A stretch of DNA of 64,000 nucleotides. Source: Scyliorhinus canicula (lineage: Eukaryota). How positions within the stretch are numbered: the stretch's first letter is position 1; each line of letters opens with the position of its first letter. The stretch is from assembly GCF_902713615.1 (NCBI RefSeq), contig NW_024055744.1, positions 470,593-534,592 of the forward strand. The letters are read 5' to 3'. The position numbers and the translations under genes are program-made. Under the pieces are notes generated by a model. The model had not been told where the DNA came from. It saw only the letters and a list, made by a program, of their open reading frames with translations, and made no database searches. Of this stretch, positions 10,572-20,300 are shown in pieces.

Positions 10572-12660
10572 ATGGCAAAGAGTCTTTCACTAAACGGGCA
10601 GATAACAAATTTTCTCATTGAATTTCAGGAGGTGCTCTATCCCACCCTGGCTGTTATTGGTGTTCCAAGTGAGTCTCTCTATTCAGCTATTAATTCGATA
10701 AGCTATGCTTAACTCTATTAATATTTTTGTCGATTATTATCTCCTTATTGATTCGTGTTTCTCGCAGATACAACTATCAATTCCATGTATAATCTATCAC
10801 ATCATTGCTGTTCTCGGCTTTTTTAAGAAGTCGATCTATACACTGCTGCCATTTTTCGCACTGGTTTCGCTTTGTATCAATTGCCGTTTGTTTAATTATT
10901 GCTCTGGAAACAATTTGTTGAAATGAGAACAATGAATGGCACGTTCTTACTGACACATGTTTTTCGGTTTTAGATTAAAGTATGCTTGGAGCGTCAACCA
11001 TTTAGAAATCGGAACTCTATTTGGATAAATATAAATATGTGTCCCGAATTTGAGAAAACACTCCGGGCTAATAGATTACAATTAGTTGTTGGAAAATCAC
11101 GCTCTAATAGCTGTATGGTTCAGTATGACACATCGCAAATTCCTTTTCCAACCTTCAAATTCAAATCGCGATTCATTTTTCTATATGTTTTAATGTTGTA
11201 ATAATCTTGAATTATCACCCACAGCTAAGTGGATTATTTTTCTTTGACTTTTCAATTTACGTGCTTCCAAGTGTTATTTGAAATAATTGCATTTCCTGGC
11301 AGCTGTTGAAGGGATCTCCCAATTATTTTAGTGCTTAAATGTTTTGTGTCTTCCTCTATACACGCAAATGCTTGTATCTGGTTAGCATGTCAGTATATGA
11401 TTTATAGAGAACTTGGCATTCTGCCTGAGTCTCCAAGTTAGGAAACTCATGAAATGTCAAAATTATTTTTATTGGATGTGAGGCTTCGCTGACTAGGCCA
11501 GTATGTGTTGCCCATCTCTAATTGTCCATCAGAATCTCGTGGTGAGCTGCTTCTTGAAACGCTGCAGTGCACGTGATGCAGGTATATTCACTCTGCGATT
11601 AGGGAGGGAGTTCCAGGATTTTGACCAGCTACAGTGAAGGAACTGAGATACATTTGCAAGTCAAGATGGTGAGTGACTTGAAGGGGAACCTTCAGGTGGC
11701 CGTGTTCCCACATATCTGTTGCCGTTGACTTTCTAGATGGTCGTAGCCGTGGGTTTGAAAGCTGCTGCCACAGGAACCTTGGTGAGTCGTGCAGAGTATG
11801 CTGGAGATGGTACACACTGCTGCTAGTATGCGGCGGTGTGCTGGAGTGAATGGGTGCTTATGAAGGGGTGCCAATCAAGCGTGCAGCTTTGACCTGGATG
11901 GTGTAAAGTTTCTTCAGTGATTTTGGAGCTGCATTCATCGAGGTAATTGGGGAGTATGCAATCCCATTTCTGACATGTGCCTTGTTGTCAGTGGACAGGC
12001 TTTGAGCGTCAAGAGCTGAGTTACTCGTTGCAAATTTCCAAGCCCCTGGATGTTTTAAAAACTACATGAACTTTGTTACTTACATTGAAATGGTTTCTAG
12101 ATTTCAGCGAATGTATCCATACCATTAGCAATCTCGAAACGTTCCGATAGAAAATGTGTGTAATCAGCTGACATTAGATATCACACCCAGTTACAAAATA
12201 ATGAGTTTTCTTAATTTTAATTTCAATAAGCAATCCAATTGATAGCTGTTTTGAGAAAGCAGAAAGCCAACAATTTGGTATTTTATCCCAAAAGATCATT
12301 TCTGTTTTACGGCTGTTTTGAGGAAATATTGTATGCCGCAGGTGATAGCGGAAAGAAGACCAATTATTGTTCTGTTAATTTCCATTCATCACTCAATCGA
12401 ATTGCACGTTTACAACTTTAGGAATTGCTCAGTGGAATTGATAATAGCATTTGGATGTAATTACACACAGAGACTTGTAACAGTTCAATGAGGTAATCGT
12501 CGCCACCTTCACAAGGGCAATTAGGGTTGAACACTAATGCTGAATAAGTCGTCGGCGCCCAAACCCTGTGAAAGAATAAAAATGCGTGATTGTAATGTTC
12601 TGTTCTTTTTCTCTTCCATACAGTAACTTGGTAACAATTGTGATCCTGTGTCGTGGTAAA
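10572..12660 (+). CDS. gpr139-like: GPR139-like class A GPCR: exon 1 (10572-10668) and start of exon 2 (12624-gap)
   Basis: Exon 1 MAKSLSLNGQITNFLIEFQEVLYPTLAVIGVP + phase-1 GTGAGT donor. A polypyrimidine CAG acceptor at 12623 is followed by NLVTIVILCRGK. This matches the YP..A.IGVP / NL..IVIL.RGKCGLS split of shark GPR139-like receptors as I recall it. One nucleotide is missing at the exon 2 start; the remainder falls in the gap. Confidence 0.8.
11480..12050 (-). mobile_element. CR1/L2-clade LINE 3' fragment (second family)
   Basis: Reverse of the tail GGAACACGGCCACCTGAAGGTTCCCCTTCAAGTCACTCACCATCTTGACTTGC...GGTCAAAATCCTGGAACTCCCTCCCTAA, shared with 63700-64000. Confidence 0.75.
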
Positions 12661-12760
12661 NNNNNNNNNNNNNNNNNNNNNNNNNNNNNNNNNNNNNNNN
12701 NNNNNNNNNNNNNNNNNNNNNNNNNNNNNNNNNNNNNNNNNNNNNNNNNNNNNNNNNNNN

Positions 12761-13410
12761 CATGAGTCTGCAGTGGATCTTTAGATGGTAGACAAGCTTT
12801 GGGGAGACAGGAGTTGAGTTTTACACCGCAGGATTCCTCACCTCTGATCAGTTCTTCTGGCCACAAATTGTACGTGGCTCATCCAGATCACTTTCAGGTC
12901 CATGTTAATCCCTCGCATGTTGATGGTGGGGGATTCAATGATGAATGCCAAGAGGTGATCATAAGATCCATTCTTGCTGGGGTGACCATTTCCTTCAAGT
13001 GTGTGACGTGATTGTTACTGACCACTTGATAGCCGAAGCCTGGACATAGCCCCCATCTTGTTTTATTTGCAGATAAACCTCTTCAGTATCTGCACAGTTA
13101 ATAATGGTGCTGAACAAGCTGCAATCATCAGAGAACAACCCCACTTCTCACTTTATGATTTAAAGAAGGTCATTGGCGAATAAACTGAAAAGACAATGCT
13201 CTGAGGAACTTTTGATGTGATGTCCTGGAATTGAGATGATTGACCTCCAGCAGCGGAAACCATCTGCCTTGGTGCTGGTTATGACTCCAACCAGCAGAGA
13301 TTGTTCTCCTGGTTCCCATCGATTCCATTTTTGTTTGGGTTGCTTGACGCCACACTCGTTCAAATGCTGCCTTGATGTCAAATTCAGTCATTTTCACCTG
13401 TGTGTCGAAG
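12761..13410 (-). mobile_element. CR1/L2-clade LINE RT fragment (second family)
   Basis: Homologous to 62840-63480 (TGACATCAAGGCAGCATTTGA...; SADDTEEV motif region). Confidence 0.7.
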
Positions 13411-15330
13411 AGTGGTGTGCGTGAGAGAGTGTGCGTATGTGGCTGCATATGTATGTGCATACATGCGTGTAAATGTGTGTGTGTTTCTGAGAGAGATAGA
13501 TCAAGACTGTGTGTATGAGAGAGTGCATGTGTGAGTGTGCAAGAGAGCATGTGTGCAAGAGAGCATGTGTTTGAGAGAGCATGTGTGTGAGAAACTGTGT
13601 NNNNNNNNNNNNNNNNNNNNNNNNNNNNNNNNNNNNNNNNNNNNNNNNNNNNNNNNNNNNNNNNNNNNNNNNNNNNNNNNNNNNNNNNNNNNNNNNNNNN
13701 NNNNNNNNNNNNNNNNNNNNNNNNNNNNNNNNNNNNNNNNNNNNNGAACACGTACGTGTGAGAGAGTTTGTGTGAGAAGCGTATGTGTGAGAAAGCCTGT
13801 GTTCACCAGCATGCAAGGATGTGTGTGAGAGAGTGTGTATGTGAGCGAGAATGTGTAGTGGAGCACGTGTGTGTGTGCGATAGAGTATGTGTGAGCGAGC
13901 ATGTGTGGCAAAGCATGTATGTGTGAGAGAGTGTGTGTGTGTGACAGAGCATGAGTGTGAGAGGGTACGTGTGGTGGAGCACGTGAGTGTGAGAGAGTGT
14001 GTGTAAGAGAGCATGCATGTGAGAGAGCGTGTGTGCACGAGAGCATGTGTGTGAAAGAATGTGTGAGAAAGCCTGTATACGAGAGAGTGTGAGTGTGAGC
14101 TACCGTGTATGTGAGAGACCGAATGTGTGAGATAGAATATGTGTGAGAGAGCATGTGTGCAAAAAGATACGTGTGTGTGAGAAACCATATGTATGAGAGA
14201 GAGCGTGTGCCTCAGAGAGCATGTATGTGAGAGAGCATGTATGTGAGAGCATGTGTGTGAGAGAGTGTGTGTGGAAGAGAGCCTGTGTGTGTGAGAGAAT
14301 GTGTGCAAGAGTGTGTGTGTGAACACATGTGTGTCAGAGAGTGTGTGCAAGAGAGAGGTTCTGTGAGAGGGGTATGTGTGAAAGAGCATGTGTGCAAGAG
14401 ACCAGGTGTGCAAGTGAGCCTGTGTGTGAGAGAGTGTGAGAACGAGAGAGTGTGTGTGCGAGAACATGAGTGCAAGAGAGCGCATGTGTGAGAGAGTGTG
14501 TGGGTGAGAAAGCATGTGTGAGAGGGAGCATGTGTGTGAGTCTGGGAGAGAGCATGTGTGCGAGCTTGTGTGCGAAAAAGCATGTGTGCAAAAGAGCGCG
14601 TATGTGAGAGAGCATGGTATGCAAGAGACTGTGTATGAGAGCACGGGTGTGTGGGAGAGCGTGTGTATGAGAGAGCATGTGTATGAGAGAGAGTGCGTGT
14701 GAGGGTGCGTGTGTGCAAGAGATAATTTATGCGAGAGAGAGTGTGTGTGAGAGAGAGCCTGTGAGAGAGGGAGATTGAGTGTATGAAAGAGAGTAATAAC
14801 GTGCCTCTGTGTGTGTTTGTGAGAGAGTGTGAGACATATATGCTATTTTTGGGAGTGAGACTGTGATAGTGCATGTGAAACAGTGTGCAGGTGTGTTTGG
14901 GAGATTGCATGTGAGAAAGAATGAGAGTGTCTGAGAGCGAATGCATTTGAGAGAGAATGAGTGTGTGGAAGAGAAATAGAGAGGGAGATGAAATGAAAAA
15001 ATGAAAATCGCTTATTGTCACGAGTAGGCTTCAATGAAGTTACTGTGAAAAGCCCCTAGTCGCCACATTCCGCGGCTGGTACAGGAATTGAACCGTGCTG
15101 CTGGCCTGCTTGGTCTGCTTGAAAAGCCAGCTATTGAGCTCAGTGAGCTAAACCAGCCCCTGTGGTGTCGATTGTGAGAGCCCCTGTGATAATGTGCCTG
15201 TTGTGAGAGAGTGGGTGACAGAGTGTTTGTGTGTCAGAGATAGTTGGAGAGAGAGAACGATAGCGAGGGCATGGAAGAGAATGGGCGTGTGAGGCTGTGT
15301 GTGTGTATGTGTGAGAGACAGAGGGCGGGA
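13410..15330. repeat. Degenerate (TG/GA) microsatellite-derived array (GAGAGCATGTGTGT-like units), interrupted by a gap and a SINE
   Basis: Directly visible; the long His/Thr/Leu-rich ORFs here are artefacts of it. Confidence 0.95.
14990..15160 (-). mobile_element. Short tRNA-derived SINE (GGCTGGTTTAGCTCAC... family)
   Basis: Same family on + at 30170-30320, 30860-30990 and 37377-37557; ends GTGACAATAAGCGATTTTCATTTT. Confidence 0.75.
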
Positions 15331-16135
15331 TTTTCCATAAACTGACATCGAAATTGGGAAATGTGATTTGGCGGAGAATAGCTTCCGATACCAAAGTCAG
15401 GACAGGCCCAGATTTGATGCCAATCACGATTCTCCATTACCTCAAAAACGGCGTCAATGCGTTTGACTCCACACATACAGTGGGCACCATTTGCATAATC
15501 ATTAACGGGCCCAAGCTGGTATCGCCAGGGTCATTGCGATTCTCCACCTCCGATTAGCTGCGTTCCCAATGGCGTGGTTCACTTGTGCTTTAAAAATCGT
15601 GAATCTGGCGTGGTGGCTGCTGAGGAAGGGAGAGGGGGTATGGAAGGTGTCCAACATCGCCTTAGTTTGCAGACAGTTGTGCCGCTGGCTAGGGGGCTTC
15701 TGCCAGGGCCGTGGGTAATAGCGGGACTGACCAGGAGGTGGGCTGTGTGGGGGAGGGGGGTGGACAAACATAGTATACCATTGACGCCGCCGGCAAAGCA
15801 GCCATGCAACTGCGCACACCACTAACAGCCCACTTTGAACCTGGTGCCCTCTGGCCCCAGCCGACTGGTTGTATGGGTGCACTCCAGCATAACCAGTACC
15901 ATCTTGTTGGCTGGGATAGTGTGTGTGGGGACTGTAATGTGTATGTGTGGCTGCAGCTTGTCAGCCTGCAGAGTGTCGATCACGGACCCGGCGTGTCCTG
16001 CACCATTTTTCAGTGGAATCGAGTGTGTTCCACGCGGTACGGGTGCTAGCCCCTCAACGGTAGCAGAATCGGTCCAGGTGTGGCGCCGGTTTTACTGTCG
16101 TAAAAGTCCACAGATTCTCCACGGATTCTCCATCA
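15324..16135. mobile_element. GC-rich shark dispersed repeat (GGGCGGGATTTTCC/GATTCTCC type), probably a non-autonomous DNA element
   Basis: Starts GGGCGGGATTTTCC; sharp GC/CpG rise relative to the flanks; family assignment from recall only. Confidence 0.45.
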
Positions 16136-17099
16136 GCACTTTATGTAGTTTAATGTTCATCACAGAGATCAGTGTTTGAAATAAAGATAGAAACCAGGAA
16201 ACATTCACATCAAAACTGATTACCTGAATCGACGCGACACACTGCATCGACCCGAGTAAGGAAATGCATTGTAACTAAATTCATTTTCGGTACAATTAAA
16301 CATTCTCCAAAAGCTTTGATATTGCGCGCCAGTGTGTCAATTGCAGGAGGTCGCTTATGTTGAATTAGTTAGTACTAATATTGCATTGCTAGTTATTGGT
16401 AATGTCTATTCGTTGCCTTGTTAACTGATCTGTACCATAATATAAATAATACAAAAATGTTTTTCTATAATTCGAAACCTGCTCCAGCTTGAAACTTTGT
16501 TAAATAATTTAGGTTTAATTAAATCTTTGGCAAAGTTAAACAATAAACTTAAAATAGCCGGATGGAAACATTCAGACACGTAGAATATATCTGTGTGTCA
16601 AAGCGGTTCTCCCGAGTTGATAAACTGTCATGATTTGAAACTATATATTTACACATGTAAAGACCCTGGCAGTTTGTGATGAATAAAAGTGCTTCCTAGA
16701 TTTAAGAACTCAGGCAATCCCTGTAATTTAATTATTAAAAATATTGTTAAAAAAAGGAGATCCAATTTAATCAGTGTGAAACATTGTGAAAACACTTCAT
16801 TCAGATCCAATACAGCACGGCAACATAATGAACAAACTAAGGAGAAAAGTTCTTGCTTAATTTAATAATTGTTGGGTTACGGGTATAGGGTGGATACGTG
16901 GGTTGAGTAGGGTGATCATGGCTCGGCACAACATGAAGGGCCTGTTCTGTTCTATGTTCTATGTAACCATCAGTTAACATTTAAAAATACCCTAATATAT
17001 CTGTAATTCGTTTCTTTATTTCCGAAACCTGTCGATTTGTTCACTCCAATCGTGTTCCAAAGAGATTCAAACACGTAGACTGTTTGCATTGAACCAGAA

Positions 17100-18150
17100 A
17101 ACCTGTAACCGCTCAGTGTCACCGAGTTTAAACAATACAGAAACAATACAGAAACGCCAAACCGCTTCACAAATTGTACTTATTCAAAGTCACCCAGACA
17201 CACAAGCCTCTCAGCAAGACAACAAAACACATCACTGAGGGACTGAAACCCATTTCCGAGAATTCTACACTTAACAGAATCAAACTTAACATTTCAAAAA
17301 CATCTCAATATCAAATGCAGCAAACCAGCTCGACCCACGAGAGCAAACATTGCAGAAAAGCCAGGCTGTTATTGCAGAAATAACTTACATTCGAAAGGGT
17401 GCCTTGAACCATGGCTACGTTTAATCTACAATCATGCCTGTTTTCTGCCTCTAATCATGTGTCAAGTAGGTCCAAACGCGTATATTGTTTTCATTCAATT
17501 ACAAAACATGTAACCAGTCGGTGTCACCGAGTTTAAACAATGCGGAAACGCCAAACCGTTTCACGCATTTTCCTTATTCAATGTCACCCAGATACAAGAA
17601 AAATACGACATCACATCACCGAGGGACTGAAACTCGCTTCATGGAGAAGCAGCTCAATTCAAAAAATAGTTTCAAAAGAACCAAACATAACATTTAAAGA
17701 AAATATCAATCTAGAAGCCACCAAATCCGCTTGTCATCAAATGAATGAATAATTAAACAGAAATATGGAAGAATATCCTCAGCATTGTGAATAAGCTGAA
17801 CATGATCAATAAATTGACGCAGAAACTTTAGAGTTTTTTGTTAATATTGGGTTCGAGTTCTAACACTTGGTGGTAAAACTTGCAACCACCAAATGTCACC
17901 GAGACTTTTTTTTAAATTTAGTGCCCAATAATTTTTTTCCAATTAAGGGGCAATTTAGCATGGCCAATTCACCTAACCTGCACAGTCGAACCCAATATTA
18001 ACAATGCAGAAACAATACAGAAACGCCAAACCGCTTCACAAATTGTACTTATTCAAAGTCACCCAGACACACAGTCGCCGACATTAAACATTGCAGAAAC
18101 GCCAAACTGTTTAACAGACGTTTGATATTTAAAGTAACCCAGCCACACAG
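17100..18150. repeat. Four to five dispersed ~60-100 bp direct repeats in the intron downstream of JH
   Basis: CAGAAACGCCAAACCGCTTCACAAATTGTACTTATTCAAAGTCACCCAGACACAC at ~17150 and ~18020 (identical); variants at ~17545 and ~18095. Confidence 0.85.
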
Positions 18151-18395
18151 TATCCTCAGGAAATAAACACCAAATCACAATAACCAGGGACTAAATCCCT
18201 CAGCAGCACCTTTGTGTCAAGAGGCAGAGTAATTCTCGAACCCTTTTCAGCAGAATCACGTGAAACATTACAACAAAATGTCAATACAGAATCCAGCAAA
18301 CACGCAATTCAGTGAACGAATGAATTGTTAAAATAGATCAAAATAGAAAACAACGACTGAAATAAAACAGCATGAAATAATTGTACGGTTCTTAC

Positions 18396-18482
18396 CTGCA
18401 GTCACCGTCACCATGGTGCCTTGTCCCCAGTAGTCTAAGTAGTCACAGTGTCACATTCCCTGGGCAGCTCCATACATTAACC
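18396..18482 (-). other. IGHJ: Ig heavy-chain JH segment with 23-bp-spacer RSS
   Basis: 18443-18396 encodes YLDYWGQGTMVTVTA, then G|GTAAGA donor. Heptamer CACAGTG 18444-18450, 23-bp spacer, nonamer ACATTAACC 18474-18482. Confidence 0.95.
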
Positions 18483-18805
18483 GCACCTGCACAAAATAGA
18501 CAGAAATCCACCACTGTTTTAAATATTCACAAACCAACGGCAAAGTAAAGTCACAATGAATTTTCATTAATTTATAATTGTATTTGTGGATTTCGCTTGC
18601 TGCTCAGAAATGACCCTAATGTTTATATTTCAGAGTAACACATGGGCATGTTACTGAAAACGCGAACGGATTTCGTGAATAATTATCAGTGTTCCCAAAT
18701 TATTTCTCGTTATTTGGGCAGTGATGAACATTAATACTTCACTGTGAATAAAGTTGGATTGTAAAAGCGAGCACTGAGCCAGCCTCAGTTAATTAGTGCT
18801 GAGGG

Positions 18806-18871
18806 GCTTTTTGTATTGACAGTAACTGCTGTGCCCCAGTTATCACAGTGAGACACAGCGTGTCAAATACT
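18806..18871 (-). other. IgH D2 segment (ATAACTGGGG) flanked by 12/12 RSS
   Basis: On +: GCTTTTTGT-12-TGCTGTG | CCCCAGTTAT (18834-18843) | CACAGTG-12-TCAAATACT. Confidence 0.9.
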
Positions 18872-19164
18872 GCGGCAGACTGTTAACTGTAAAATACAGA
18901 GGTTTAATTTCACTGCTCTCCCAAAAAACTAACTCTGTCTCTTCCAAGAGCGAAGCTATTTCAGCGTGTCCTGGTCATTACATTTATAAAGAGGATCGGA
19001 ACACGTTTAAACCCTCTGTGCACATTTAGCGTGTCGGTCAACAGAGATAAAGTGGAAGATTTTTATACCTTTTTATAAACTAATATTGTGTTTTATTTAA
19101 GCCTCATTTAAGTTGGCAATCCTGCTGTGACGCTGATCACCAATTTGAACAAACTCTTCACTGA

Positions 19165-19242
19165 GGTTTTTGTATGAGGATGTCGCTGTGCACAGCACTG
19201 TGACCCACTGTAGTCACAGTGACAGACACCCGCACAAAAACT
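19165..19242 (-). other. IgH D1 segment (ACTACAGTGGGT) with 5' 12-RSS and 3' 22-RSS
   Basis: On +: GGTTTTTGT-22-CACTGTG | ACCCACTGTAGT (19203-19214) | CACAGTG-12-ACAAAAACT; matches the shark IgM D1 core as I recall it. Confidence 0.95.
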
Positions 19243-19606
19243 GCACTCACTCTCTGTTCAGTCCTGCCGCTCAATATTCACTTCAAATACAGTTTACTTC
19301 TGACTAATTTACAATTTAGACAGCAGTTTTCAAACCCAATGTACAGAGACTTTCTCCAAGTATCAGAAATAATAAAACGCCGGTTATATCCAGGTCTGTC
19401 ATTGCTGAAACTGAACAGTAATATAAACAGACACAAGCTCATCCTATTAGATCGATTGGTTTGTTAGGTTTTATGTTTTTAATTTCTCTGTGTTAGTTAT
19501 GTAAGAAGCAGCTGTGTTTTGACTCTGATCACTGACATTAATATTACATTTGAATCAAGTGCTGACCTTCAGGTTAAGGTGCAAGTTGCTGAATTCCCTC
19601 TCGAGC

Positions 19607-20112
19607 TGTTCTTGTGCGGGTCCAGCCTGGTTCCTCTCGCTGTGGTCTCTTGCACAGTAATAGATGGCGGTGTCTTCGGTCTTCAGGTCCTCATGGCCAA
19701 AGCGAAGATGTTGTTCGAAGTGTCTTTGGACGCAGTAAATCGATCTTAATTGCTGGGGCGTAGTGTTGCTGGATGAAGAATGTAGCTCACCAGCCACTCC
19801 AGCCCCTGTCCGGAACCTGGCGGATCCAACCCATCCATAGCTGCCAAGATTGAAGCCGCTGGTTTTACAGGTCAGTGTCAGGGAGCCTCCGGGACGCCCG
19901 GTCTCTGCCTCTGGCTGAGTCAACACACATCCGACTGGACACCTGTAAAAATATCAAAAAGCCCGAGGATTAATGCTGGTGAAATGATTGGTGACTCTGG
20001 AACATTCCAGAGAGAGACTAACACTGAGACAGTAACAGTGAGAGACTTGGACAATAAAAACTACTCAGGATAAGAAAGTCAGCAACAAACTGAGAGAAAT
20101 GGCCCACCTCAT
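19607..20112 (-). CDS. IGHV: IgM-type VH gene segment (leader + V exon + 22-bp RSS); frameshifted as assembled
   Basis: Leader 20112-20068 MRWAISLSLLLTFLS (donor GT missing); acceptor at 19943. The V exon 19942-19645 restores to [55 protein letters not shown]...[21 protein letters not shown]...LKTEDTAIYYCARD after seven 1-nt insertions. RSS CACAGCG-22-ACAAGAACA. Confidence 0.93.
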
Positions 20113-20194
20113 CCTTCTGGTCATTTGGGGGAAATGGTTGTGTCAGGAACTCAGTGAACAAACCAGCTCCCGGACTGTTGGATTCGGGTCCCAG

Positions 20195-20300
20195 TGAGCG
20201 GCATTTAAATACCGGCAGAAGGGGGCGGCTTTCCAGGCGCCGCCTGTTGATTCCCTGGTGGAGGCGGCGACTGGATCCACGTCCCGCCTTCCACACCCCC
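20195..20300 (-). promoter_or_regulatory. Putative VH promoter: TATTTAAA box with upstream GC-rich tract; no ATGCAAAT octamer seen
   Basis: TATTTAAATG on the minus strand ~90-100 bp upstream of the leader ATG; shark VH promoters are reported to lack the octamer. Confidence 0.45.

Noticed and set aside
13394-15021. Long ORFs (416, 269 and 217 aa) rich in His/Thr/Leu/Ser
   Set aside because: Translations of the degenerate TG/GA microsatellite, spanning an N gap.
16110-16269. 46-bp ATG...G|GTAATC leader-like exon (MHFLTRVDAVCRVDS) with an apparent ADGESVE V start
   Set aside because: The peptide is not hydrophobic, and the ADGESVE stretch belongs to the adjacent GC-rich repeat; no V exon follows.
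17100-18150. CRISPR-like repeat-spacer interpretation of the direct repeats
   Set aside because: Vertebrate DNA, irregular spacing, diverged long units, no cas genes.
1-18390. IgM constant exons downstream of JH
   Set aside because: No Cmu-like translation (for example GCLAMDYSP-type motifs) was recognised by eye on the minus strand; they could lie in the gaps.
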